From assembly GCA_904420265.1 (NCBI GenBank), contig CAJFUU010000191.1, positions 1 through 32,816 of the forward strand: a stretch of 32,816 nt of DNA. Direction: 5' to 3'. The DNA is from an uncultured Clostridia bacterium (GTDB lineage: Bacteria > Bacillota > Clostridia > Christensenellales > Aristaeellaceae). Below the pieces are notes generated by a model. It saw only the letters and a list, made by a program, of their open reading frames with translations, was not told the origin of the DNA and ran no database searches. A program made the translations under genes and the position numbers. Below, piece after piece: positions 1 to 8,633 of the stretch. Position 1 is the first letter of the stretch; each line of letters begins with the position of its first letter.

Positions 1-1185
1 GAAACGGCCGCGGCTCAAATTGAAAATTTGAGGTGCGGCGGGCGGGGAGAGATACCCCCCGTCCGTCAGCTTGACAAAAAACTTTCCGGGGAAGAAGGCC
101 GCGCAGAGTTCCTGTGGCCGCAGGAAAGCAGTAAAAAACGGTCATTATCGGAGATGTGGCCTCGAAAACGGCGCTTCCCCCGGCGAAAAGGCCGGCAATT
201 TCGCAAAGAACCGAAGCCCTTCCGCCAGGCAATGCTTGAAATAGCAGTTTTGCCACTCTTTTGACAAGCTGCGGGCCGAATGATGTCCGGCCCTTTCTCC
301 GGCGGTGAGAACGTTGATTTTTCGGGCGTATGCGCCGCCAATGCAAACCTGTCGTTCCGCCGCGCCTTTGCTTGCGGCACCCGGCCCGCCCCGGGGAAGG
401 CGCTAACGGGCCGATGTTTTCGGCTGTATATCCGTGCGCTCGCAGGCGCCGCTACGGGTTTGGGCTTTGGCGTCCAGACCTCTTTGAAACCCGCTTTAAC
501 GGCGTCAGACGCTTCGCGCCTCGCGCCTTCAGGCCGGGGGGATGCGCGTATTTTCGCCACCGAATTCCCGATGCGGCAATGTCTCGGATGCTTCATGTTT
601 CAGGCCCCGTTGCTGGCGGGCGCGGGGGAGCGACAAAACGCAAGCCCACCGTGCATCCAGGCGATGTGCCGGCAAAATCCCCTGTGCGCGGCGTTCCGAT
701 AAATCTATGGGATAAATCTGGACGCATCTTTTTATCTTCGGGGCGTTGCTTTTTGTGGTGCGTTTACGGGAGCGCGCCCCGCCTTCATGGAATTTCGGAT
801 AATGGCATGGGATGCATCCCGCCGGGTGTCTTTCCTGTGCAAAAAGGCCGAACCGTGCCCGCCGGAAGGCGAAAAGAGGGCCGTCGTATATACCGGCGGG
901 ATGGTCATGGATGCCTGCATATCTGTCGTGAAACTTGCGGCGCTCTGCCGCAGGCTATGCGTTTGGCGTCGCCGTCTGCAAAATTCCAATCCAGAGGCAG
1001 GCGAACGGCCAAGGGGCGCAGATTGCTTCAAAAGGCGCGCCATGGGCCCGTTGCGCAGGCGACCTGGCCCGCCGCGACAATACGGGCCATATTCTGTAAA
1101 GTTTGCCATTTCATCCGCTCCGCGCCTTGCAAGACGGGGCTTTAAGCGGCGCCCCTGCCCTTGCAATTCTGGGCGCGCATACGCC

Positions 1186-2736
1186 CTACTTTTTTGAAAT
1201 CATTCGAAAGGCGTTTGGACTGAAGCCGGTATTGCGCTTGAATACCTTTGTAAAGTAGCTTTGGTTGGAATACCCCACCCTGGCGGCGATTTCCACAATT
1301 GGCATATGCGTATCGAGCAGGAGCGTCTTGGCCTTGTTGATTCGTACCATTTCCAGATACTCCGCAAAATTGACCTTCATATGCTTTTTGAAAAGCTGGC
1401 TCACATATGTCCTGTTTAAATATATATGCTTTGCGATGTCGTCAAGCGTTAATTTGTGATCGTAATTGACGTTGATATATTCAACCGCCGCCTGCACGGA
1501 ATCGTTCCTGGGCCTGCCCTTCGCATAGTTTTTGGAAAACATGCTCTCCAGCGCGTCTTGCACAATCCCTTCCAGTTTGTGCTGATCGCGCGCATAGCGT
1601 ATGTGTTTGGCATAGTAATTATAATTCAACAGATTTTCCGGCGTAGTCTGAAAGGAATCGTTGCGTCCCATGAGATAAAACAGCCCGCACATCGCCGCGC
1701 TTTTCACTTCTCTAGGGGCCATATAATCCTGGTGCCAGCACTGGATATGTTCAAAAAACCTGTCTGCAGAGGCCTGCAGGTCGAAGTGGCCGTCATAATC
1801 CTCCATGAGCTGTTGCAATACCCGCACGTCGTCCTCATTCAGCCTTTTCAGGCTTACCTTGTCCTTCTCGTAATTCGGGTAATACTCATAAGCGTCCAAA
1901 ATATCCGTAACCTTCATAATCGTCTGCCGAAGCTGGCCGGCGTTCTGCGCAACTTCGTAGAGGCTTACGGCAACGCTCTGATCGCTGTACTCCTCCAGAT
2001 TTCGCTTGTAGAGAAGGCTTAATTTCATCATTTCATTTTCGCGCGATTCGATACTGTCCGAGGTGTCCTTGAGGAGCATCACAATTCGCTCTCCCTCATA
2101 GACGACAAACGAGAGGCCGGAGCGTTGTTCGCCTTCGCGGGTTTTTTCCGCGATTCTCTGCGCTATGAGCAATTCGTCAATGGATACCGCTTGCCGCTGC
2201 AGATAGAATGCGATTACGGCAATTTGGTCGGCCATATCGCAATCCATATGCATGCAAATCTCTTCCGCCTGCGCATCGTCGCCCTCCAGATACAATTCCA
2301 GCAGGGTGTTGATTTCCCGCAGATTGTCCACCTCGTCCCTGGGAGGGACGACATTATAGGAAATGGAAGAAAAAGATTCGACCTTGTCCAGCAGCGAAAT
2401 AATATCTTCCAATTTCATTTCTGATTTGAGTATATAGTCCAGCACGCCAAGTTTGAGGGCCTTGCGAATGTATTCATAGTCGTCATAGGCGCTCAGGCAG
2501 GCGATTTGTATTTCCGGATGCTTTTTGCGCAACAGGCGTATCAATTCCAAACCGCTGCGGTTTGGCATCTTGATATCGGTAATGACCAAGTCCACCGGCC
2601 TTTCATCGCAAAGCGCCTCTGCCTCATCTGCGCTTGAAGCGCCGGCAACCGTGCCCGTGAAATCGTCAATCTGTTTGATCAACATGGAGAGCAGGTTCCG
2701 GATGGTTATATCATCATCGACAATCAGTATGTTCAT
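1186..2736 (-). CDS. Two-component response regulator, CheY-like receiver + AraC-type HTH output (YesN-like)
   Basis: 516-aa ORF. N-terminal receiver (MNILIVDDD...DLVITDIKMP). C-terminal AraC/XylS HTH (LNRTYVSQLFKK...GYSNQSYFTKVFKRNTGFSPNAFR). GGGGAGG RBS lies upstream of the ATG at 2736. Overlaps the 3' end of the kinase gene by 23 nt. Confidence 0.9.
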   Translation of the reverse strand: MNILIVDDDITIRNLLSMLIKQIDDFTGTVAGASSADEAEALCDERPVDLVITDIKMPNRSGLELIRLLRKKHPEIQIACLSAYDDYEYIRKALKLGVLDYILKSEMKLEDIISLLDKVESFSSISYNVVPPRDEVDNLREINTLLELYLEGDDAQAEEICMHMDCDMADQIAVIAFYLQRQAVSIDELLIAQRIAEKTREGEQRSGLSFVVYEGERIVMLLKDTSDSIESRENEMMKLSLLYKRNLEEYSDQSVAVSLYEVAQNAGQLRQTIMKVTDILDAYEYYPNYEKDKVSLKRLNEDDVRVLQQLMEDYDGHFDLQASADRFFEHIQCWHQDYMAPREVKSAAMCGLFYLMGRNDSFQTTPENLLNYNYYAKHIRYARDQHKLEGIVQDALESMFSKNYAKGRPRNDSVQAAVEYINVNYDHKLTLDDIAKHIYLNRTYVSQLFKKHMKVNFAEYLEMVRINKAKTLLLDTHMPIVEIAARVGYSNQSYFTKVFKRNTGFSPNAFRMISKK

Positions 2737-4501
2737 TGATCAAAACCTCCCCATCTTCCTTTTTTATGATTGGAAGAATGATGATCGCCTCCGTGCCCTC
2801 GCGGAACCCCTCTCGAAGGCTTCTGTACGATACGCCGTATTTCTCCCCATAGTAGAGTTTGATGCGCTGATTGACGTTGTCAATACCGATGCTTCTTTGG
2901 TTAAAGTCCTCTTTGGGCGCGCCTGATTTCTGCGTGTCAAACCCCGGGCCGTTGTCCCAAATGGTTATGATCAAGTCCTTTCCGGTTATGCGGGAAACAA
3001 TCCTCAATTTGGGCTCCGTCGCACATCTTTTCAGCCCATGGAACACGGCGTTTTCAACGATTGGCTGAATGAGCATTCTTACGATCAGAAGATCGCCGGT
3101 GCCCTCTTCGAGGTCATAGATTACTTCAACGGGTTTTTCCATAGAGCAGTTTACAATGACAAGGTAATCCCGCACCCATTCCAATGCCCTGTTGAGCGTA
3201 ACGAATTGTCCGTTGCTGGAAAGCGCGTACCGCAGGATGCCGTTGAACGCCAATATGATCGCGTCCGCCTGTTCCTTGTTGCAGCTTAAAACCGTGTAGC
3301 GCAACAAAGTGAGCGTATTATAGATAAAGTGGGGGTTGATCTGCGACTGCAAAAATCGAATATCCGACGCCCGCTTCTCCTCCGATTTTTTTTGATTCAA
3401 TTCAATCAGGTGGTTGATATGATCCAGCATGTCGTTGAACTGTAAGGTCAATTCCCCGATTTCATCCCTGGAAGAAGGCTTCAGACGAACGCTGAAATTT
3501 CCATCCCGCACCAATTTCATGTGATTGTTGAGTTCCACCACTGGCCGCATGAACCGTTTGGAAAAGCGGAAAGCCAGAAGGAAGGATATGACCAGGCATA
3601 TCACCACGGCCAGAAGCAGGTTCTGGATGTGCGTTTGCTTCAGTTCGTTTATGTTATCCATGTTGGTTATGGTGATGAGGTTCCAGTTGCTCCTGGCAAT
3701 GGAGTATTCTGCCACGACGCAATTCATGCCGCCGACGGTCTTTTCCAAACTCAGGTCTTTGTATATATCGACGTTTTCGGCGTCTATCCATTGCTCCAGG
3801 CTGTCTTCTATATCCAGATCGTCAAGCACGACAATTGGGCGGCCGGAACTGTTTGCGATGACGACGGTTTGATCGCCGTACATGTTGGGCAGTATACAAC
3901 TGGAAAGCGCGCTTACCCGCAGCTGCAACACCACCGTTGCAACCGTTTTGAAGGTATTGCTGTCGCGCATGGCAAGAATTAAATACAAACAATCTGAATG
4001 CTTGTATTCATCGAGCAAAAAAGCCTCTGAATCGCTCGTCCACTTTATATTTTGATTGGTTTCGTAAAGCGTTTGAATTTCGCCGAGGAATTCCGGGCGA
4101 TCGAGCACGCCGCCGGCGAGGCTGTCGCCGAATATATCGTTCTCGCTCGTAATCAAGGCAATTTTGGGAAGCAACGACGAGGCCAGAAAAGACGTATTCT
4201 CATAGTCGAGCAAGTATTGGTCCAGCGCGATGGACGTTTGCGCATAGTCCGCCAAACCGTCCAGATAGTCGTTGAGCGCGGTTTTTATCTTGTTATCGGA
4301 TATGATCATGCGGCCAACGGACAACAGGCTTCCAACTTCCGCATCCAGCATTCTTGCAAGCTGCTGTGTTTCGGCGCTCAGCGTATATACATAACGGCTT
4401 CTGGTCTGATTGATAAGAAGGTTCGAGGAAAAAACGGTGATGATTGTGATTGGCACGACAATAATCATCACCACGATTGCAAACAGACGAATCTGTGACA
4501 T
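2714..4501 (-). CDS. Sensor histidine kinase, LytS/YesM family (extracytoplasmic sensor domain, HAMP, His_kinase, HATPase)
   Basis: The ORF track gives 2714..4642. I prefer the internal ATG at 4501, which starts with a TM helix (MSQIRLFAIVVMIIVVPITIITVF). A second TM plus HAMP follows (RFSKRFMRPVVELNNHM...DEIGELTLQFNDML). PF06580-type phosphoacceptor box FLQSQINPHFIYNTL. ATPase box ITIWDNGPGF. The start codon is uncertain because there is no good RBS at 4501. Confidence 0.85.
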   Translation of the reverse strand: MSQIRLFAIVVMIIVVPITIITVFSSNLLINQTRSRYVYTLSAETQQLARMLDAEVGSLLSVGRMIISDNKIKTALNDYLDGLADYAQTSIALDQYLLDYENTSFLASSLLPKIALITSENDIFGDSLAGGVLDRPEFLGEIQTLYETNQNIKWTSDSEAFLLDEYKHSDCLYLILAMRDSNTFKTVATVVLQLRVSALSSCILPNMYGDQTVVIANSSGRPIVVLDDLDIEDSLEQWIDAENVDIYKDLSLEKTVGGMNCVVAEYSIARSNWNLITITNMDNINELKQTHIQNLLLAVVICLVISFLLAFRFSKRFMRPVVELNNHMKLVRDGNFSVRLKPSSRDEIGELTLQFNDMLDHINHLIELNQKKSEEKRASDIRFLQSQINPHFIYNTLTLLRYTVLSCNKEQADAIILAFNGILRYALSSNGQFVTLNRALEWVRDYLVIVNCSMEKPVEVIYDLEEGTGDLLIVRMLIQPIVENAVFHGLKRCATEPKLRIVSRITGKDLIITIWDNGPGFDTQKSGAPKEDFNQRSIGIDNVNQRIKLYYGEKYGVSYRSLREGFREGTEAIIILPIIKKEDGEVLINEHTDCR

Positions 4502-4666
4502 CTTTGCTATATTATTGAACTTCTCCTGAATCAGAGCAGCACAGTTTTTCACCGCCGGCCGTATGTGTCTCTCCCTCCTTTGTAAAGCGAATCCCCTCGG
4601 GCGTTGAACCGGGTCAAAGGGGAAAGGCTCATGTCTTGGCAAAATGGAGCGCGTTTAAGGAGGCGT

Positions 4667-5872
4667 TTACCGGATTGCCCCCTTATAGATATTATACATA
4701 TCTTCGCAATCCAGAACCCGGAGTTTTCCAAATTTCCTCTTGTTTCCGTAAGAGGCCGTAAGGGCCATATCGCGCAGCATATCGTCTGTGATTTCGCGCT
4801 GCAACAGCTCTGTCAGGTTTACGGGCAGGCCGAGCGCCCTGAACCATTCCACCGTGGCGTCGATTGCATGGAGCGCGAGTTCTTCATCGTTTCCAGACAG
4901 GCCGAGCACATGCCGCGCATACCCGGAGAATCTTTCCACGTTATTTTTGTACCCGTATAGGGCCCAGCTTTTCCAAATCGCCGTCATGGATGGGCCATGC
5001 GTCACATTGTAAAGCGCGCCGAGCGCCATGCCCAGTTGATGGCAGGACCAGTCGCCCTCTCGTCCCCAATTTGCGCCGGCGCCAAGCCCGGTGAGCGAGT
5101 TGTGGGAAATACTGCTCGTCCACATGATTTCCGACATGGCCTCTTCGTTCGCCGGATTGGAAACCCCGATTGGCCCCCACTTGATGATATTGCGCATAAC
5201 GCCCTCCGCAATTTCATCCGTGAGATGGTTTCCTTCGGACTGCTTATCTATAAAATATCGCTCGGATGTATGCAGCCAAATATCTGCCGCGCCGCTTGCA
5301 ATTTGATATTTCGGCGTGGTATATGTCAACGCGGGGTCCATAATCGCCCAAATACAGCGGTTGAGGTCAGAGGCAGAGCTGATCTTCAGGCCGCCCTGCA
5401 AATCGTTGGTCAGCACGGCGTTGTTGCTCATCTCGCTGCCGGCCGCGCTGATGGTTGTGATGGCTCCGACGGGAATTCGCCGGGTAAGTTTGATTTTGCC
5501 AAGATAAAACGCCCAAATATCCACATCTGGGTTTGCAAGTATGAGGCCGACGGTTTTTGCGGTATCCAAAACGCTCCCGCCGCCGATGCCGACAATGCAA
5601 TCCGGCTCAAACGCCCTTGCCCGCTCTGCGATTTCGAGCGCTTTTGAAAGAAGCGGATTTGGAACGACGCCGCCAATGCTCAAACACTTTAAACCTTCGC
5701 CAAGAATGCTGCTTTCTATTTCTCCCAGAAGGCCGTCGGCAACAATCCGGTCGCTGCCATAAACAATCAATACCTTCTGCGCGCCGCACTCTTTGCAGAG
5801 CGGGCCGGCCTGGTCCTTTGTCCCTTTGCCAAATACCACCTTTGTGGGAACATAATAAGTAAACCGATTCAT
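4667..5872 (-). CDS. Iron-containing (group III) alcohol dehydrogenase
   Basis: 401-aa ORF. Starts MNRFTYYVPTKVVFGKG. Has the GIGGGSVLDTAK dinucleotide loop and the C-terminal His-containing metal-site region (SISHNSLTG, CHQLGMALGALYNVTHG). GGAGGAG RBS. Starts 15 nt after the stop of the upstream aroE-like gene, so probably co-transcribed. Confidence 0.88.
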   Translation of the reverse strand: MNRFTYYVPTKVVFGKGTKDQAGPLCKECGAQKVLIVYGSDRIVADGLLGEIESSILGEGLKCLSIGGVVPNPLLSKALEIAERARAFEPDCIVGIGGGSVLDTAKTVGLILANPDVDIWAFYLGKIKLTRRIPVGAITTISAAGSEMSNNAVLTNDLQGGLKISSASDLNRCIWAIMDPALTYTTPKYQIASGAADIWLHTSERYFIDKQSEGNHLTDEIAEGVMRNIIKWGPIGVSNPANEEAMSEIMWTSSISHNSLTGLGAGANWGREGDWSCHQLGMALGALYNVTHGPSMTAIWKSWALYGYKNNVERFSGYARHVLGLSGNDEELALHAIDATVEWFRALGLPVNLTELLQREITDDMLRDMALTASYGNKRKFGKLRVLDCEDMYNIYKGAIR

Positions 5873-5887
5873 GCTTCGTCTCCTCCG

Positions 5888-6805
5888 CTATGCGCGCGTT
5901 TTTTGCGCGCGGTCGCGCATGGCGCGAATAATTGTGGAAGCGGCTTCGTATTTGCCGCCGACGCCAAGATCAATGCCGAAGTAAAACGCGATGATGGCGG
6001 TCATCTGGTTCGCCAGCATGCTGATGCCATTGATTGTTGTAAGGCCCGCGGCGGCTCCCGCTTTCAATATAGACGTTTGAAGCGGGTTGAAAATGGCGTC
6101 CTCTATAACGGCGTCCTTGGGCAGCTTTTCGACAAAGCCCAGATATTCGAAATCCGCTGCGTGCCCGTTCAGGCCAAGCGACGTGCACTGCGCGACGATT
6201 TGCGAATCGGGCGCCGCGCGATCCAGGGCTTCTTTGGTCAATGGGCCGGCCACCGCTTCTATTCCCGTATAATCATGCAACTGCTGAGCGACCTTTTCCG
6301 CCTTTTCCGCCGTACGGTTGAGAATAACAACCTTCGCCGCGCCTCTTTTGACGAACTCATACGCCGTAATGCCGCTGATGCCCCCGGCGCCAAGAATCAA
6401 TACCTGCTTGCCTTTGATCGAGCAGCCAGCTTCCTCAAGGGCCTGGCCCATGCCATAGCCATCGTAAGAAACGCCGGTTCTGCGGCCGTCCTCTTCTATT
6501 TTCACATTGTTGACGCATCCAAATACGCGGCACTCTTCAGGGCAAGCGTCGATATAGGGAATCAGGCGCGTTTTATACGGCATGGTCACGCTGAAGCCCA
6601 GAACATGAAAAACATCAATGGCGTCAAAAAAGCGGTCAAGGTTTCCGGGCTTGTCCTCCACTTCCATGGGAATAAATATCGCGTTTATATTCCCCCACTG
6701 ATACATAGCGTTGTGGACAATGGACGTCACGCTGTGTCCAAGCGGATACCCCAGCATGCCCAGAAGTTTGGTTTCCGTGTTATACTTCACATTTGTAGTA
6801 ATCAT
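5888..6805 (-). CDS. Shikimate/quinate 5-dehydrogenase family protein (AroE/YdiB-like paralog)
   Basis: 305-aa ORF. Substrate-domain motifs GYPLGHSVTSIVHN and FSVTMPYK. Rossmann loop LILGAGGISGI followed by VVILNRT. AAGGAAG RBS upstream of the ATG at 6805. Confidence 0.85.
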   Translation of the reverse strand: MITTNVKYNTETKLLGMLGYPLGHSVTSIVHNAMYQWGNINAIFIPMEVEDKPGNLDRFFDAIDVFHVLGFSVTMPYKTRLIPYIDACPEECRVFGCVNNVKIEEDGRRTGVSYDGYGMGQALEEAGCSIKGKQVLILGAGGISGITAYEFVKRGAAKVVILNRTAEKAEKVAQQLHDYTGIEAVAGPLTKEALDRAAPDSQIVAQCTSLGLNGHAADFEYLGFVEKLPKDAVIEDAIFNPLQTSILKAGAAAGLTTINGISMLANQMTAIIAFYFGIDLGVGGKYEAASTIIRAMRDRAQKTRA

Positions 6806-7543
6806 AATTGCACTTCCTTTTACAAATAGCCCATAAATTGCAAATCAATATGTAATATACGCTATAATTATTACATTCACATTATATATTGCGCCGCCGG
6901 TGAAATCAAGCCGGCAAGTATAAATATATTCTGCTGATTTTTCAAAAATGTTATGGACTTGCGGCGGCGAACCGCACCGGGCCACGCTATGGCTATTTAA
7001 CCGCTGCGCCTTGCTGCAACAAGAGGTTTGAGGACTCCGCCAAGGCAAGCAGACCGCGCATCCAGGGCGGCAAATGCATGGTTGGACGGCTCCAACCCCC
7101 AAAAATTGGCAAAGGATTGATTTGACGCGAAATGCAGAAGGGCATGTCAAAAATACGGTTATTGCAGAATAGCCTCGGCAAGATATTTTCCGCCGGCAGG
7201 CCACGACTATCTTCTTGAGAACATCAGCAACGCGGATGCGCTTTGTATGCCGTACGCTTCCGGAATGCGAAACCGAAGAATGCGTCGTACGCTGCAAGCC
7301 GGACGCAGTTTCAGCATCGGGCTTGCGATGTAACCGCCCGGCAACGCGTCTGAATACATCTTTCCTGCGGCGGCTGCCTGGTGTGAGGGATGATTTCTTA
7401 CATTGCGCCGGTGGATGCGTATTGCAAGAGCAAGCGCTTTTGCTGACGCCGCACGAGCGGTTTAAGCGCGTGCGCCGTATTTGACATTCGTGCCTGGATC
7501 GCCACCGGAAGGGAACCGTGCCGCGAATGCTGAATACTGAGAC

Positions 7544-7578
7544 AAAGCGCCCCGTCCGTGTGCGGAACGGGGCGCTTT
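7544..7578 (-). terminator. GC-rich hairpin flanked by AAA/TTT; putative bidirectional intrinsic terminator after the AraC regulator gene
   Basis: GCGCCCCGT (7547-7555) pairs with ACGGGGCGC (7567-7575), with an inner CC/GG extension. It starts 12 nt downstream of the TAG stop at 7590-7592 on the minus strand. The T tracts are short on both strands (TTTGT / TTTGC). Confidence 0.5.
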
Positions 7579-7589
7579 GCATTGCAGGA

Positions 7590-8474
7590 CTACCTGCGCA
7601 GGGAGTCAACAAAGTGGCGCGGTGTACATCCGCGTATTTCCTTAAAGCATTTGATGAAGTAGCTCATATTCTCAAAGCCGCTTTCGTATCCTGCCGCATA
7701 GACGGGCTTGCCCATCATCAGCAGTTTGCTGGCGCTGTATATGCGTACGCGCTTGACGTATTGGATGTAGTTCAACCCAGTTTGCTGCTTGAACCATTTG
7801 CAGAAATAGTGCTTGCTAAAGCCCACCACTGCGGCGGCGGCATCCAGGGTGATGCGGCTGGAGTGGTGTTCATGCGTCCAGGAAATGAGCGCTCTGAGTT
7901 CCTCTTTGGTACTGGAGAGGCGCTCGACGCCGCCGTGCGAAGGAGCGATATGGCGCGCGATGATTTCGATGATGCTCAGTATCGCAATATTGCGCTTAAA
8001 GACGTTGTCGTCATTTTCAAAAAGCACATTCATAAGCGCGCGCATATCGTTATAATCGGGTATGATCATGGGCGCGTTGCAAAGCTGCAGACCGTTTTCA
8101 GCCAGAAAATTGTCAATATTGATATAGTGGCGCATGGACTCAAGCGAGATTTGCAGGCAGTGAATCGCGCCCATTTCGCCCGTGACCCAGCCGCCATGTA
8201 CCAACAGCGGCGGCACGACGACGACGGTGTTGCCGCTGATATGCTGATGACGGCCGTCGCATACCACGCTGCCGACTACGTTCTCATACAATACGATTTC
8301 CAGGGTAGACGCATAGTGCAGAGGCACATCGTCGTTGCCCAGAACGCCGCGAGTGGTCAGGCGATAGGGCACGCTTGCGGAAAGCGGCAGCGTTTCGTTT
8401 AAAAAAAGCGGCCGGCGCGCCTCGTCACCAATGCGATGGACCGCCCAGAAGTTTGTGATAGAAGCGTCGCTCAT
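7590..8474 (-). CDS. AraC family transcriptional regulator (cupin-like sensor + HTH), divergent from the GRE operon
   Basis: 294-aa ORF. C-terminal AraC HTH (FSKHYFCKWFKQQTGLNYIQYVKRVRI...GYESGFENMSYFIKCFKEIRGCTPRHF). The N-terminal ~150 aa look like an AraC ligand-binding/cupin domain. AAGGAAG RBS before the ATG at 8474. Confidence 0.9.
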   Translation of the reverse strand: MSDASITNFWAVHRIGDEARRPLFLNETLPLSASVPYRLTTRGVLGNDDVPLHYASTLEIVLYENVVGSVVCDGRHQHISGNTVVVVPPLLVHGGWVTGEMGAIHCLQISLESMRHYINIDNFLAENGLQLCNAPMIIPDYNDMRALMNVLFENDDNVFKRNIAILSIIEIIARHIAPSHGGVERLSSTKEELRALISWTHEHHSSRITLDAAAAVVGFSKHYFCKWFKQQTGLNYIQYVKRVRIYSASKLLMMGKPVYAAGYESGFENMSYFIKCFKEIRGCTPRHFVDSLRR

Positions 8475-8490
8475 GGAAATCTTCCTTTTG

Positions 8491-8524
8491 ACAATATTGT
8501 TGTATCATTCACCAATATATTGGT
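8491..8524. promoter_or_regulatory. Two perfect palindromes sharing the CAATAT half-site (candidate operators) in the divergent intergenic region
   Basis: ACAATATTGT (8491-8500) and ACCAATATATTGGT (8511-8524) are both exact palindromes. Their centres are 22 bp apart, about two helical turns. The second one abuts the putative -35 of the plus-strand operon. Confidence 0.4.
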
Positions 8525-8552
8525 TGCATTTGTGAGTGCAAACGCGCATAAT
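8524..8552 (+). promoter_or_regulatory. Putative sigma-A type promoter for the GRE operon
   Basis: TTGCAT (8524-8529), 17-nt spacer, CATAAT (8547-8552), about 80 nt upstream of the ATG at 8634. Sequence pattern only. Confidence 0.35.
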
Positions 8553-8633
8553 AATAACAAATTTATTATAACACAAAATTGTCCGCCCTGGGGAGAAATG
8601 GTGGAAATTAACAAATGCGGTGGAGGGAAAGCA

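Noticed and set aside
28-1197. Six mutually overlapping ORFs in the first 1.2 kb
   Set aside because: They have no RBS and no recognisable motifs, extreme Arg/Pro/Cys content, and each overlaps others in alternative frames. The region is treated as non-coding or decayed; see the findings.
5903-6829. 308-aa plus-strand ORF antisense to the aroE-like gene, and 7518..8402 (plus) antisense to the AraC regulator
   Set aside because: The minus-strand frames contain recognisable shikimate-dehydrogenase and AraC HTH motifs with RBSs. The plus-strand translations have none.
6830-7543. Riboswitch or T-box leader upstream of the aroE-like gene (a CTGAGA string near 7536 recalled the TPP riboswitch)
   Set aside because: The flanking conserved elements (ACCTGATCTGGATAATGCCAGCG-like for TPP, AGGGTGGTACCGCG-like for T-box, and the B12 box) are absent on both strands.
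1-7543. Possible homology or repeat relationship between the two gene-free GC-rich blocks (shared strings such as GAACCGTGCC, GCATCCAGG, TTTAAGCG)
   Set aside because: Only isolated 8-10-mers are shared, and they are in inconsistent order and orientation. That is compatible with chance in GC-rich DNA. It needs a real alignment before any claim.
6845-7612. 255-aa minus-strand ORF spanning the aroE-AraC intergenic block
   Set aside because: The translation is Arg/Cys/Ser-rich with no domain. It runs through the terminator hairpin and overlaps the 3' end of the AraC gene in another frame. Not credible as a gene.
8531-8550. Possible catabolite-responsive element (cre) around TGCAAACGCGCATA
   Set aside because: It has three mismatches to the TGWAANCGNTNWCA consensus at constrained positions. 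Too weak to call.
8436-8633. 5' extensions of ORF-track entries (8436, 9907, 14228, 17326, 21811, 22850, 24064, 26604, 30434, 30772, and 4642 on the minus strand)
   Set aside because: In each case the extension overlaps the preceding gene or a promoter region. An internal ATG or GTG with a properly spaced GGAGG-type RBS starts the recognisable domain. Coordinates were trimmed accordingly.
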